From NCBI GenBank assembly GCA_964353635.1, contig CAYGVS010000002.1, forward strand, positions 1 to 63,109: DNA of 63,109 nucleotides, read 5' to 3'. The notes under the pieces were generated by a model. It ran no database searches, was not told the origin of the DNA, and was given only the letters and a program-made list of their open reading frames with translations. This document shows positions 44,061 through 52,833 of the stretch, in pieces (positions within the stretch are counted from its first letter, which is position 1; each line of letters starts with the position of its first letter). A program made the position numbers and the translations under genes. Source of the DNA: an uncultured archaeon (GTDB taxonomy: Archaea; Aenigmatarchaeota; Aenigmatarchaeia; QMZP01).

Positions 44061-45612
44061 TTATTTCTATTCCGATGTCCTTGAAAAGCCTCCTGCTCTG
44101 GGCCGTGTAGTTCCCGTTTTCAAGCACTATAGGTATGTAATCCAGCTTCCATTTATTGTAAACTAGGAAGTCTTCGGTATTGTAAAATCTTGATTCGTTA
44201 AGGGTTTCTATGAGGATTATTGTGTCAAAATCATGTTTTCCAATATAATTATTGATGCGTTCCGGGCTCACCCTGTCTGGCACACCAAGACGCCCTTTTA
44301 TTAGACGGTAATACTCTTCGAATTCCCAGATAGCATAAGTGCTTGCTCTTACCGCCTTTATGCTGGTCGCATTGCTGAGATGCCAGCTTATTAGCCCGGG
44401 GCTGATTTCATTAATTTCCCCCAAAACGAATATGTTGTATGAATTTCGCGTGCTGTTTTTTATGAAATCAAGGGGTTCTGTAACTGAAAAATCATAGCCA
44501 ACAAGCCTGAAACTGCTGGAAGCATAGAAGGAGAAAACCGCCATGCATACGCCCAGAAGAAGATAAAATGCAAAGCGCTTTCTCTTGTGACTGATTTTTC
44601 CATAAAGAGTGGTGAGGTGGAATGCTGCCATGGAAAAAAGAGGTGGATACAGGTACAGGATGTATCGCATCTTCTTGTTCTGATGGAAGAAATTCAGAAG
44701 GATTGCAAGAACCGCCACTATGAAAAGGAACCTTATCTTGTCATTCTTCAGCTGCTTGGATGATAGCATAAAGGCCGCCGCATAAAGGACAACCATGAGT
44801 CCTGAATACAGAATTATTTGAGTTGGGTAGTACAGTATGCCTTCAATGGAGAATGGCGGGGGGCCTTCTGACCGGTTCGCAAGGAAGCCGAGGAAAATCA
44901 AAAGCCTATCGGTCGGCAAAATCCAGAGAAGGATAATCAGTGCGACGGGGGCAACAATTCTTATGAAGTCCCTGTTTCTGAAAAGAGAGGCAAACCGGAA
45001 TTTTTCATGAATGAAATAATAGATGGCAATGGATGCAATCAGAACAATCCCGAAATTGGTCTTGGAGAAGAAAGTCAGGATAGCAAAGACGAGCACAGCC
45101 CACCAGAGCTTGTTGTCCTTGAGGAACCTAAGGAAAAACAGAAGTGAAAGAGTGAAGAAGAGCAATGCGAGCATTTCAAGCATGATTTCCGACGCAGAGA
45201 GGTAGAGCGACCCTGTTATCAGGGCAAACACAGAGCAAAGGACGCCAGAAATCTGCTTGTTTTTATTGACAATTTCCCTACCCAGGAAATACATGGATAA
45301 GGAGAAAAGGAAATAGAGCAAGATGCTGAGCGTCCTTCCCATGAGTATGTCAGGGCCGAAGAACATGAAGAACAGGGAAAGCAAGAGCGGATGGAGGGGG
45401 GGCCAGAGAATTTGCTCGTACATATGCGCTGCAAGAGAAGCCGGATCCGATCTTTGCACATCATTGAGGAAAACGAGGCCTGTGAAAGCATGCTCCGCCT
45501 CATCCCACATCATCTGGCCTCTTGTAGTTGCATAATTGCTGAAAACAATGATGCAGACAATTGCTGAGAAGACGGCTACAAAAACCATGCCGGTCAGGCG
45601 ATCATTTATCAT
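44035..45612 (-). CDS. GT-C fold glycosyltransferase, ArnT/PMT_2 (GT39/GT83)-like
   Basis: ~12 TM segments, a first-loop WDEAEH (DE) motif and a C-terminal soluble domain. Confidence 0.65.
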   Translation of the reverse strand: MINDRLTGMVFVAVFSAIVCIIVFSNYATTRGQMMWDEAEHAFTGLVFLNDVQRSDPASLAAHMYEQILWPPLHPLLLSLFFMFFGPDILMGRTLSILLYFLFSLSMYFLGREIVNKNKQISGVLCSVFALITGSLYLSASEIMLEMLALLFFTLSLLFFLRFLKDNKLWWAVLVFAILTFFSKTNFGIVLIASIAIYYFIHEKFRFASLFRNRDFIRIVAPVALIILLWILPTDRLLIFLGFLANRSEGPPPFSIEGILYYPTQIILYSGLMVVLYAAAFMLSSKQLKNDKIRFLFIVAVLAILLNFFHQNKKMRYILYLYPPLFSMAAFHLTTLYGKISHKRKRFAFYLLLGVCMAVFSFYASSSFRLVGYDFSVTEPLDFIKNSTRNSYNIFVLGEINEISPGLISWHLSNATSIKAVRASTYAIWEFEEYYRLIKGRLGVPDRVSPERINNYIGKHDFDTIILIETLNESRFYNTEDFLVYNKWKLDYIPIVLENGNYTAQSRRLFKDIGIEITILEKIRN

Positions 45613-45691
45613 GAATAAAGAGGGCAGACACGATTAATAAAACATATTCAGTTTGAACAAGGATTTATTCTAAGTCTATATATTGTCAAGA

Positions 45692-46402
45692 ATGAAAGTG
45701 AGCGTTATAGTCCCTGCGCACAATGAAGCCCAGAATATAGAAAAGAGCATAAAATCCATTGAAAGGGCGCTGAAAGATTGCTGCCAGAAAAACTTCGAGA
45801 TAATAGTTGCCGAAGATGGGAGCATAGACGGGACTGACAAGATTGTCAGAAGACTTATATCTGGCAACAGAAGGATAATCCTCCTTCATTCTAATCGCAG
45901 GCTTGGCAAAGGCAAAGCGATAAGCAACGGCTTTTTTGCGTCAACCGGTAAAATAATTTTCCTAATGGACGCAGACGTGCCAGCTGACTTGAAATGCCTG
46001 CCAGAGATGCTATCATCGCTGCAGAGCGCGGACATAATCCTTGGGAGCAGATTCATTAAAGGCGGGATTGCAGACAGATCCTTATCGCGACACCTATTCT
46101 CCCTGCTTTACAATTCAATGATCAAACTTCTCTTCCAAACCGGCGTGAAGGATCACCAATGCGGCGTGAAAGCATTCACAAGGGAAGTCCTGCAGGACAT
46201 AATTCCATCAATGACATCTGAAGGATTTTTCTGGGACACAGAGCTAATTGTGAAGGCCAAGCGCAGAGGTTATGCCATACAAGAGCATCCCATATTCTGG
46301 AGAGAAAGGGACCAAGGAAAATCAAAGATATCTTTCAAGGATGCGTGTTCTTTGGGAAAAAGCGCATTGAAGTTCCGGTATCATGGCTCTTATGGTAAGT
46401 AA
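45692..46402 (+). CDS. GT2 glycosyltransferase, Dol-P-sugar synthase-like (paralog of 40907..41584)
   Basis: VSVIVPAHNEAQNI...AEDGSIDGT...MDADV motifs. The track's start is TTG; the ATG is at 45692. Confidence 0.75.
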   Translation: MKVSVIVPAHNEAQNIEKSIKSIERALKDCCQKNFEIIVAEDGSIDGTDKIVRRLISGNRRIILLHSNRRLGKGKAISNGFFASTGKIIFLMDADVPADLKCLPEMLSSLQSADIILGSRFIKGGIADRSLSRHLFSLLYNSMIKLLFQTGVKDHQCGVKAFTREVLQDIIPSMTSEGFFWDTELIVKAKRRGYAIQEHPIFWRERDQGKSKISFKDACSLGKSALKFRYHGSYGK

Positions 46403-46455
46403 GGCAAACCAACCTTTATCTATCTGCCTTTTCCAACTATTCATAGGTGTTTCAT

Positions 46456-47928
46456 ATGGCAGGCAAACCAAACCGCGGCAAGTTCTACATAACCACGCCA
46501 ATCTACTACGTGAATGACGTCCCTCACATAGGGCATGCTTACACAACAATAGTCGCGGATGTGCTGGCAAGATGGCACCGCTTGAATGGAGAGGGTGTGT
46601 TCTTCCTCACGGGCACGGACGAGAACGGGAAGAAGGTTGAGACCGCTGCGAAGAATTCGGGCAAGTCGCCAAAGGCTTTCGTGGACGGGATTGTGAAAAG
46701 ATACCACGATACATGGAAGTCGCTCTCCATATCAAATGACGATTTCATCCGGACAACAGAGGAGAGGCACAAGAAAACTGTGGCTCAAATAATCCGCCTC
46801 ATGGAAAAATCCGGGGACATCTATAAAGGCCAGTACGAGGGCTGGTATTGCGTGCCCGACGAGTCTTTCTGGACAGAGACCCAGCTCAAGGATGGGAAGT
46901 GCCCTGAGTGCGGAAGGAATGTGGAGATTGTGAAGGAGGAGTCCTATTTCTTTAGGTTGAGCAAATACCAGAAAGCCCTGCTGGATTTGTACAAGAAGAA
47001 CCCTGATTTCATCTCCCCAAAGAACCGCAGGCAGGAAATAATTAACAGGGTACAAGCGGGCCTGAAGGACCTGAGCATAACCAGGGAGACAGTGAAATGG
47101 GGCATACCCTATCCAGGAGACAGCAAACATGTTGTTTATGTGTGGGTGGATGCTCTCACAAATTACCTCTCAGCGATAGATTACCCGCACGCCAAATTCA
47201 AGAAGCTCTGGCCCGCAGACATTCATCTCATGGCCAAGGAAATACTGTGGTTCCATTCAGTGATATGGCCTGCCATACTCATGTCATGCAAGCTTCCCTT
47301 GCCAAAGAAAGTGTTCGCGCACGGATGGCTCACGATTGACGGGGCAAAGATGAGCAAGTCAGTGGGGAATGTGGTGGACCCGCTCAAGCTCATCCAGAAG
47401 TATCCTGTGGACACTGTGAGATATTTCCTGATAAGGGAAATCCCGCTGGGAGATGACGGGGACTTTTCTGAGAAGGCTTTGGCGAGCAGGATAAATGGAG
47501 AGCTCGTTTCAGACTTGGGTAACCTGGCGAGCAGGGTGCTGACTTTGGCCGAAAAGTCTGGATTCAAGACTTTCCAGGGAAAAGATGAGCTCAGCAAGAA
47601 CCTGGACTTCAAGAAAATCCAGGCCCATGTGGAGCAGATAGAACTGCACCACGCCATCCAGGAGATATTCGCTTTCATCCGCTCTGTGAACAAATACATA
47701 AATGAAAAGGAGCCTTGGAAGCTCCAAGGTAAGGAACTGGAGCATGTTCTCTATAATCTGCTGGAATCCCTGAGGGTCATCTCAATACTGGTAAGCCCGT
47801 TCATGCCCTCCACTTCGGAGAAGCTGAACTCCCAGCTGGGAGTGAAGGCCGGGACGTTCAGGGATTTGAAGTTCGGCAAGTTCCCGGGGAAACCGAAGAA
47901 GGGGGAGCATCTGTTCGAGAGGGTTTGA
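46456..47928 (+). CDS. metG: methionyl-tRNA synthetase (core enzyme, no C-terminal appended domain)
   Basis: PHIGH (HIGH) and KMSKS motifs, plus the CVPDE...CPECG zinc knuckle. Confidence 0.95.
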   Translation: MAGKPNRGKFYITTPIYYVNDVPHIGHAYTTIVADVLARWHRLNGEGVFFLTGTDENGKKVETAAKNSGKSPKAFVDGIVKRYHDTWKSLSISNDDFIRTTEERHKKTVAQIIRLMEKSGDIYKGQYEGWYCVPDESFWTETQLKDGKCPECGRNVEIVKEESYFFRLSKYQKALLDLYKKNPDFISPKNRRQEIINRVQAGLKDLSITRETVKWGIPYPGDSKHVVYVWVDALTNYLSAIDYPHAKFKKLWPADIHLMAKEILWFHSVIWPAILMSCKLPLPKKVFAHGWLTIDGAKMSKSVGNVVDPLKLIQKYPVDTVRYFLIREIPLGDDGDFSEKALASRINGELVSDLGNLASRVLTLAEKSGFKTFQGKDELSKNLDFKKIQAHVEQIELHHAIQEIFAFIRSVNKYINEKEPWKLQGKELEHVLYNLLESLRVISILVSPFMPSTSEKLNSQLGVKAGTFRDLKFGKFPGKPKKGEHLFERV

Positions 47929-47932
47929 GCGA

Positions 47933-48748
47933 TTACCCCAGTTTTTCCAATAATGCCTTTCCCAGTTCCTTTGTGGAAGCGGCAACAATCGGGTATTTTG
48001 CATCAAAGTCATATTTTTCTTTATCCAGCGGATTTCCATCAAGGTCAGCGAGGTAGCCGCCCGCTTCCTTTATCAGAAGGTATCCTGCCCCAAGCTCATG
48101 TGCCTTTTGCGAGGGATTGAGACACGCATCAAACAACCCGCTGCTTATGCCTGCAAAGTGGAATGCTGATGTGCCGAAATCCTTTACCCAGGATAGAGGA
48201 TAGATTTTGAGAAATTTCGAAACATCACTGCCAGCCGAATAATGGTCTATTATCACAAGGGTTCTCCTGTCAAGGCTCTTCCTTCCGGACGTTGTGACCT
48301 CTTTTCCGTTCAGGTAGCAGCCGCCGCCTCTTGCAGCATGCCAAAGCCTTCCGGAATTGTGCTCTATGATACCGCTTACAAGCATGTTTTCAAAATCAGG
48401 CTCAGGGGAATCGAAAATGGACACAACTGTGCAGTAGGGGAGGATGCCTCTGCCCCTGTGATAATTGTCCGTTCCGTCTATGTCATCAAAGGCGATTGTA
48501 TATCTGGGGTTTCTCACAAGCTCCAATCTTCCGGATTCTTCGCTGTAAAGCACAGCAGGAATCCTCTGCTCCGTGAAGAACCTTATCAGGGACTCAGAGA
48601 CAGTCCGGTCTCCTGTGGTGGAGATATCTGTGACGTGCAGATCATGAACTTCAGAAACACCTTTATCACCAAGCAAGTCTAGCGTAGCATGCGCTTTGTA
48701 CAAACCGTCTTTGCAGACTTGTACCAAATGTTTCATATAATCACGCAT
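47933..48748 (-). CDS. inositol monophosphatase/FBPase family protein
   Basis: YSEESG and FDDIDGTDNY metal-binding motifs. Confidence 0.75.
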   Translation of the reverse strand: MRDYMKHLVQVCKDGLYKAHATLDLLGDKGVSEVHDLHVTDISTTGDRTVSESLIRFFTEQRIPAVLYSEESGRLELVRNPRYTIAFDDIDGTDNYHRGRGILPYCTVVSIFDSPEPDFENMLVSGIIEHNSGRLWHAARGGGCYLNGKEVTTSGRKSLDRRTLVIIDHYSAGSDVSKFLKIYPLSWVKDFGTSAFHFAGISSGLFDACLNPSQKAHELGAGYLLIKEAGGYLADLDGNPLDKEKYDFDAKYPIVAASTKELGKALLEKLG

Positions 48749-48759
48749 TCTCTGACCAG

Positions 48760-49794
48760 CTAATCCCCCAGAAGCTGCACAGGAACTTCGAACTCACTTC
48801 TCTTATATCTCTTGATGCTTTTGGTGAACTCCGCCATCTCTGCAAAGGCTGCTTTCGAACCTATCTCTTTCTTCCTTACAACGTAGAGTTCATAGGTGAG
48901 CGCAGCCTCTGTCGGGGGGCACATTTCCCTGCCATGAAGCTTTATCATTTGCTTGAGGCTTGTAGGATTCATGGACGCAGGCTCTAGCCCCCACACATCA
49001 GCTTCTTTCCGGTTCTTTTTCTTGACCATTTCATATTGGATGTCTTCAACATCTTTGTATGAAAGGTCTGTTGGTAGCCTTGCAACAAGCTCGGGACGCG
49101 AATGCCTTGATCCTGCAAATTGTGTATCTGATATAAGGGCCATCATATGCAACTTGGAAGGATCGATGTCATTTTTTGCCTTCAGCCCGGTTTCCTCGAG
49201 GATTTCCTGGAGCAAGGCTTCAGTGGAGCCTTCTCCTGGTTTCGGTCCGCCTCCAGGCGAATAGAGCATGGCCGGATATACAGGAGTTTCTATGCCCCTT
49301 CTGGTCAAAGGTATAAAGCCATCCTTTGTTTCAATGAGAACGCTTGCCCCAATTCCGGCATAAGTTAGAGGCAGACCGTTTTTTTCAAAAACATTCCCAT
49401 ATTCATTGTTGTAGCATGCTATCCATTCAGTATAGCTTATTGGATGGACAAGAACATCCGCTTTCTCATCAGAAACATCATAACCGGTCATTGTGACAGT
49501 CTTCCCGGCCCACATCTTCCTTTTGTCTGGTTCTCCTTTCTCGAAAAGCGAGTTCTCTCCTGTTTCCTGATCAAACATAATGGAGTATTGGCTATTGGGA
49601 TTTGCGGTTTCAAGAACACGCTTCCTTTCCTCAAGCTTCTCCTTCCAGACATTTTTTCTGATACCTCGGGCTTCCTCCGGCTCAGGCACTTCCCTATCAA
49701 CATAAACAAAACTGACTTTGCTTGCAGGCATTCCGATATACTCTATAGTATGCCATGTATCCGTCTTTATGTCCCTGAATTGCTTCCTATTCAT
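48760..49794 (-). CDS. Nudix-hydrolase domain protein with unknown N-terminal domain
   Basis: Near-canonical Nudix box GGPKPGEGSTEALLQEILEETGL. Confidence 0.6.
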   Translation of the reverse strand: MNRKQFRDIKTDTWHTIEYIGMPASKVSFVYVDREVPEPEEARGIRKNVWKEKLEERKRVLETANPNSQYSIMFDQETGENSLFEKGEPDKRKMWAGKTVTMTGYDVSDEKADVLVHPISYTEWIACYNNEYGNVFEKNGLPLTYAGIGASVLIETKDGFIPLTRRGIETPVYPAMLYSPGGGPKPGEGSTEALLQEILEETGLKAKNDIDPSKLHMMALISDTQFAGSRHSRPELVARLPTDLSYKDVEDIQYEMVKKKNRKEADVWGLEPASMNPTSLKQMIKLHGREMCPPTEAALTYELYVVRKKEIGSKAAFAEMAEFTKSIKRYKRSEFEVPVQLLGD

Positions 49795-49900
49795 GGGTTC
49801 AATATAACAGAAAGCTTTTTATTCTTCAAAAACCTCCATTTCCCAAAACATCCTTCCCAGGATACAAATGCTTATAAACCCCTCAAAATAAAGTAATTTA

Positions 49901-49916
49901 CTACAAGATATTGTGT
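49901..49916. promoter_or_regulatory. NrdR-box-like palindrome 1
   Basis: CTACAAGATATTGTGT matches 13 of 16 positions of the NrdR-box consensus as I recall it (acaCwAtATaTwGtgt). Confidence 0.5.
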
Positions 49917-49932
49917 TGGTGTGGGGATGGCG

Positions 49933-49948
49933 GCACAATTAGTTGTGT
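49933..49948. promoter_or_regulatory. NrdR-box-like palindrome 2
   Basis: GCACAATTAGTTGTGT matches 12 of 16 positions. Its start is 32 bp from box 1, about three helical turns. Confidence 0.45.
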
Positions 49949-50082
49949 TGCCATGGTCCAGTGGTATCTGGCCTTTTCCCCACCCTCTCCCCGTTTTATT
50001 TGTTCCGGGGAAAGAAAGCGCGCGCTTAGTTTTGTTAGCTAAATTCACATATAGTCGTAAGTCTATCGCGGAATTGGCTATC

Positions 50083-50135
50083 CCAGTGAATCAGAAGCGT
50101 TTCTTTGATATCGTTGAACGCTTCTGATTCACTGG
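50083..50135. repeat. perfect 19-bp inverted repeat (hairpin or operator) in the nrd upstream region
   Basis: CCAGTGAATCAGAAGCGTT(50083-50101), a 15-nt spacer containing GATATC, then AACGCTTCTGATTCACTGG(50117-50135). Confidence 0.9.
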
Positions 50136-50212
50136 AGAACACAAAAGAACAGAAATCGTTCAGTTAAAGTCGGCCATTGCCGATTATTTCAAGCAAATCG
50201 GAGGTCGGTTAA

Positions 50213-52786
50213 ATGAAATGCCCTTACTGCAGTTCTGAGGACAACAAAGTGGTTGACAAGAGGGAGACTGGAGACCTGATAATAACCCGGAGGAGAAGGG
50301 AGTGCCTCAGCTGCGGGAAGCGCTTCACCACTTATGAGAGGGTCGAGGCTGTGGACCTTGCTGTCGTGAAGAAGGATGGCAGGAGAGAGGCCTATGACAG
50401 GAAGAAGCTACAGAACAGCCTTGTGAAGGCCCTGGAGAAGAGGCCTGTGGCACAGGAACTCATAGAGAAGGCTGTGGACGAGATGGAGGCCGAGCTCAGG
50501 AAGGCCGAGAAGCCAGAGGCGACTACCAAGACCATCGGGGAGATGGCCATGAAGAAGCTCAAGGAGCTGGACAAGGTGGGGTATATACGGTATGCTTCAA
50601 TCTACAAGGACTTCACAGATGTGACGAGCTTCGAGGCCGAGCTCAAGAAGCTGGCTGAGGAGCGGGAGCGGCTGAACGTGAAACCAAAGCTGCACTATGT
50701 CGTAAAGAGGGATGGCACAGCTATCAAGTTTGACAAAGAGAGGATTGTAACTGCGATTTGGAAGGCTGCCGAGAGCGTGGGAGGGACTGACAGGAAGATT
50801 GCCGAGCAGCTGGCTGACAAGGTCGTTGAGGCGCTTGAGGGCAAATTCAATGACAAGAACCCGCCGGGTGTGGAGCAGATACAGGACATAGTGGAGAAGA
50901 TATTGATAGAGAACGGGCATGCAAAAACCGCGAAAGCGTTCATACTTTACAGGGAGCAAAGAGCAAAGATAAGGGAAACCCAATCTACCTTCGTGGACGT
51001 TGAGAAGACCATAGACTCCTACGTGAACCAGTCGGACTGGAGGGTGAGGGAGAACAGCAATGAGCAGTACTCGTTCTCAGGGCTGCTCCTGTATTCCGCA
51101 GGGAAGGTGATGGCTAATTACAACCTTACCCAGATGTACACGTCAGCGATATCCGAGGCGCACAAAAAAGGCTACTTCCACATACATGACCTCTCCCACG
51201 GGGTTATAGGTTATTGTGCCGGCTGGAGCCTGAAGAACCTGCTGGTCAGGGGGTTCGGGGGCGTTCCGAACAAGGTGGACTGCAAGCCTTCCAAGCACCT
51301 GTCCACAGTCGTGCACCAGATGGTTAACTACATAGGCTGCCTGCAGATGGAGTTCGCTGGCGCGCAAGCCTTCTCGAGCGTGGACACGTTCCTGGCTCCG
51401 TTCGTGAAGGCCGAGAAGCTGGATTACAAGAACGTAAAGCAAAACATGCAGCAGCTGGTCTTTTCTTTGAACATCCCATCCAGATGGGGTTCGCAATACC
51501 CATTTTCTAACCTAACGTTCGACTGGACCGTGCCCGAAGACCTGAAGAGCGAGTCAGCCATAGTCGGAGGCAAGCAGCAGGACTTCACGTACGGGGACTG
51601 CCAGAGGGAGATTGACATGGTAAACAAGGCATTCCTTGAGGTGATGATAGAGGGAGACGCTTACGGCAGGGTATTCACATTTCCCATACCTACCTATAAC
51701 GTCACAAAGGATTTTGACTGGGAGAGCGAGAATGCGAAGCTTCTTTTTGAGCTGACTGCCAAATACGGCACCCCATACTTCCAGAACTATGTGGGAAGCA
51801 ACCTGGAGCCGGGGGCTGTGAGGGCGATGTGCTGCAGACTCAATATGGACACAAGGGAACTCATGAACCGGCCGGGCAGCATGTGGGGACCTGGAGACAA
51901 CACTGGCTCCATTGGGGTGGTGACCATTAACATGAACAGGCTCGGATACGAGGCCAAGACAGAGGAGGAGTTCTTTGAGAAGCTCAAGCAGTACATGTTG
52001 CTGTCAAGGGACGCGCTGGAGATAAAGAGGAAGGTCGTTGAGAGGAACCTGCAGAACGGGCTGATGCCATACACCAAGACCTACCTGGGAACCTTTGCGA
52101 ACCATTTCTCGACCATTGGGCTGTGCGGGATGAACGAGGCCTGCATGAACCTGCTCAAGAAGGACATATCCACGCCCGATGGCAAGGCGTTCGTGATAAG
52201 GACCATGAACTTCATGAGGGAGCTGACAAGGCAGTTCCAGATTGAGACAGGCAACCTTTACAACCTGGAGGCCACGCCTGCAGAGTCGGCTGCATACAGG
52301 CTTGCAAGGCTGGACAAGCAGATGTACCCGGACATATACACCTCCGGGGAGAAGGAGCCATATCTCACGAACTCCACGCAGCTGCCTGTTGGATATACGG
52401 ATGATCTGGTCAAGGCGCTGGAACACCAGAATGACATCCAGCCCCTGTACACAGGAGGCACGATTTTCCATACCTTCCTGGGTGAGAGGATGGCTGACGG
52501 GGATGCTGCAAAGGCACTTGTGAAGAAGATAGCCCATAACACGAGGCTGCCCTACTTCTCGATAACACCCACGTTCAGCGTGTGCAAGTCCCACGGCTAC
52601 ATGAAAGGCGAGGTTCAGAAATGCCCCACCTGCGGAGCTGACAACGAGGTTTTCTCCAGGATAGTGGGATACTACAGGCCCGTGAGCAACTGGAACGTCG
52701 GCAAGCAGGAGGAGTTCAAGGACAGGCTTGAGTACGCGGCGAAGAAGGCCCTTGAGAAACCCATAAAGTGCGCTGTTGCTGCCTAA
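50213..52786 (+). CDS. nrdD: NrdR-NrdD fusion: Zn-ribbon/ATP-cone repressor fused to anaerobic (class III) ribonucleoside-triphosphate reductase
   Basis: Residues 1-~150 align end to end with NrdR (MKCPYCSSEDNKVVDKRE...RRRRECLSCGKRFTTYERVE, ATP-cone, ...VGYIRYASIYKDF). A second ATP-cone follows, then the NrdD core (MCCRLN) and the C-terminal CPTCG...SRIVGYYRP glycyl-radical motif. Confidence 0.85.
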   Translation: MKCPYCSSEDNKVVDKRETGDLIITRRRRECLSCGKRFTTYERVEAVDLAVVKKDGRREAYDRKKLQNSLVKALEKRPVAQELIEKAVDEMEAELRKAEKPEATTKTIGEMAMKKLKELDKVGYIRYASIYKDFTDVTSFEAELKKLAEERERLNVKPKLHYVVKRDGTAIKFDKERIVTAIWKAAESVGGTDRKIAEQLADKVVEALEGKFNDKNPPGVEQIQDIVEKILIENGHAKTAKAFILYREQRAKIRETQSTFVDVEKTIDSYVNQSDWRVRENSNEQYSFSGLLLYSAGKVMANYNLTQMYTSAISEAHKKGYFHIHDLSHGVIGYCAGWSLKNLLVRGFGGVPNKVDCKPSKHLSTVVHQMVNYIGCLQMEFAGAQAFSSVDTFLAPFVKAEKLDYKNVKQNMQQLVFSLNIPSRWGSQYPFSNLTFDWTVPEDLKSESAIVGGKQQDFTYGDCQREIDMVNKAFLEVMIEGDAYGRVFTFPIPTYNVTKDFDWESENAKLLFELTAKYGTPYFQNYVGSNLEPGAVRAMCCRLNMDTRELMNRPGSMWGPGDNTGSIGVVTINMNRLGYEAKTEEEFFEKLKQYMLLSRDALEIKRKVVERNLQNGLMPYTKTYLGTFANHFSTIGLCGMNEACMNLLKKDISTPDGKAFVIRTMNFMRELTRQFQIETGNLYNLEATPAESAAYRLARLDKQMYPDIYTSGEKEPYLTNSTQLPVGYTDDLVKALEHQNDIQPLYTGGTIFHTFLGERMADGDAAKALVKKIAHNTRLPYFSITPTFSVCKSHGYMKGEVQKCPTCGADNEVFSRIVGYYRPVSNWNVGKQEEFKDRLEYAAKKALEKPIKCAVAA

Positions 52787-52833
52787 GGGTTAAAAAGCGC
52801 CCTGTCAAGTATGCTTATCGGCAGGAGCTTTTT

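Noticed and set aside
49921-50127. 68-aa ORF in the nrdD upstream region
   Set aside because: It has no RBS, covers NrdR box 2 and one arm of the 19-bp palindrome, and its composition is not protein-like. I treat the region as regulatory or leader sequence.
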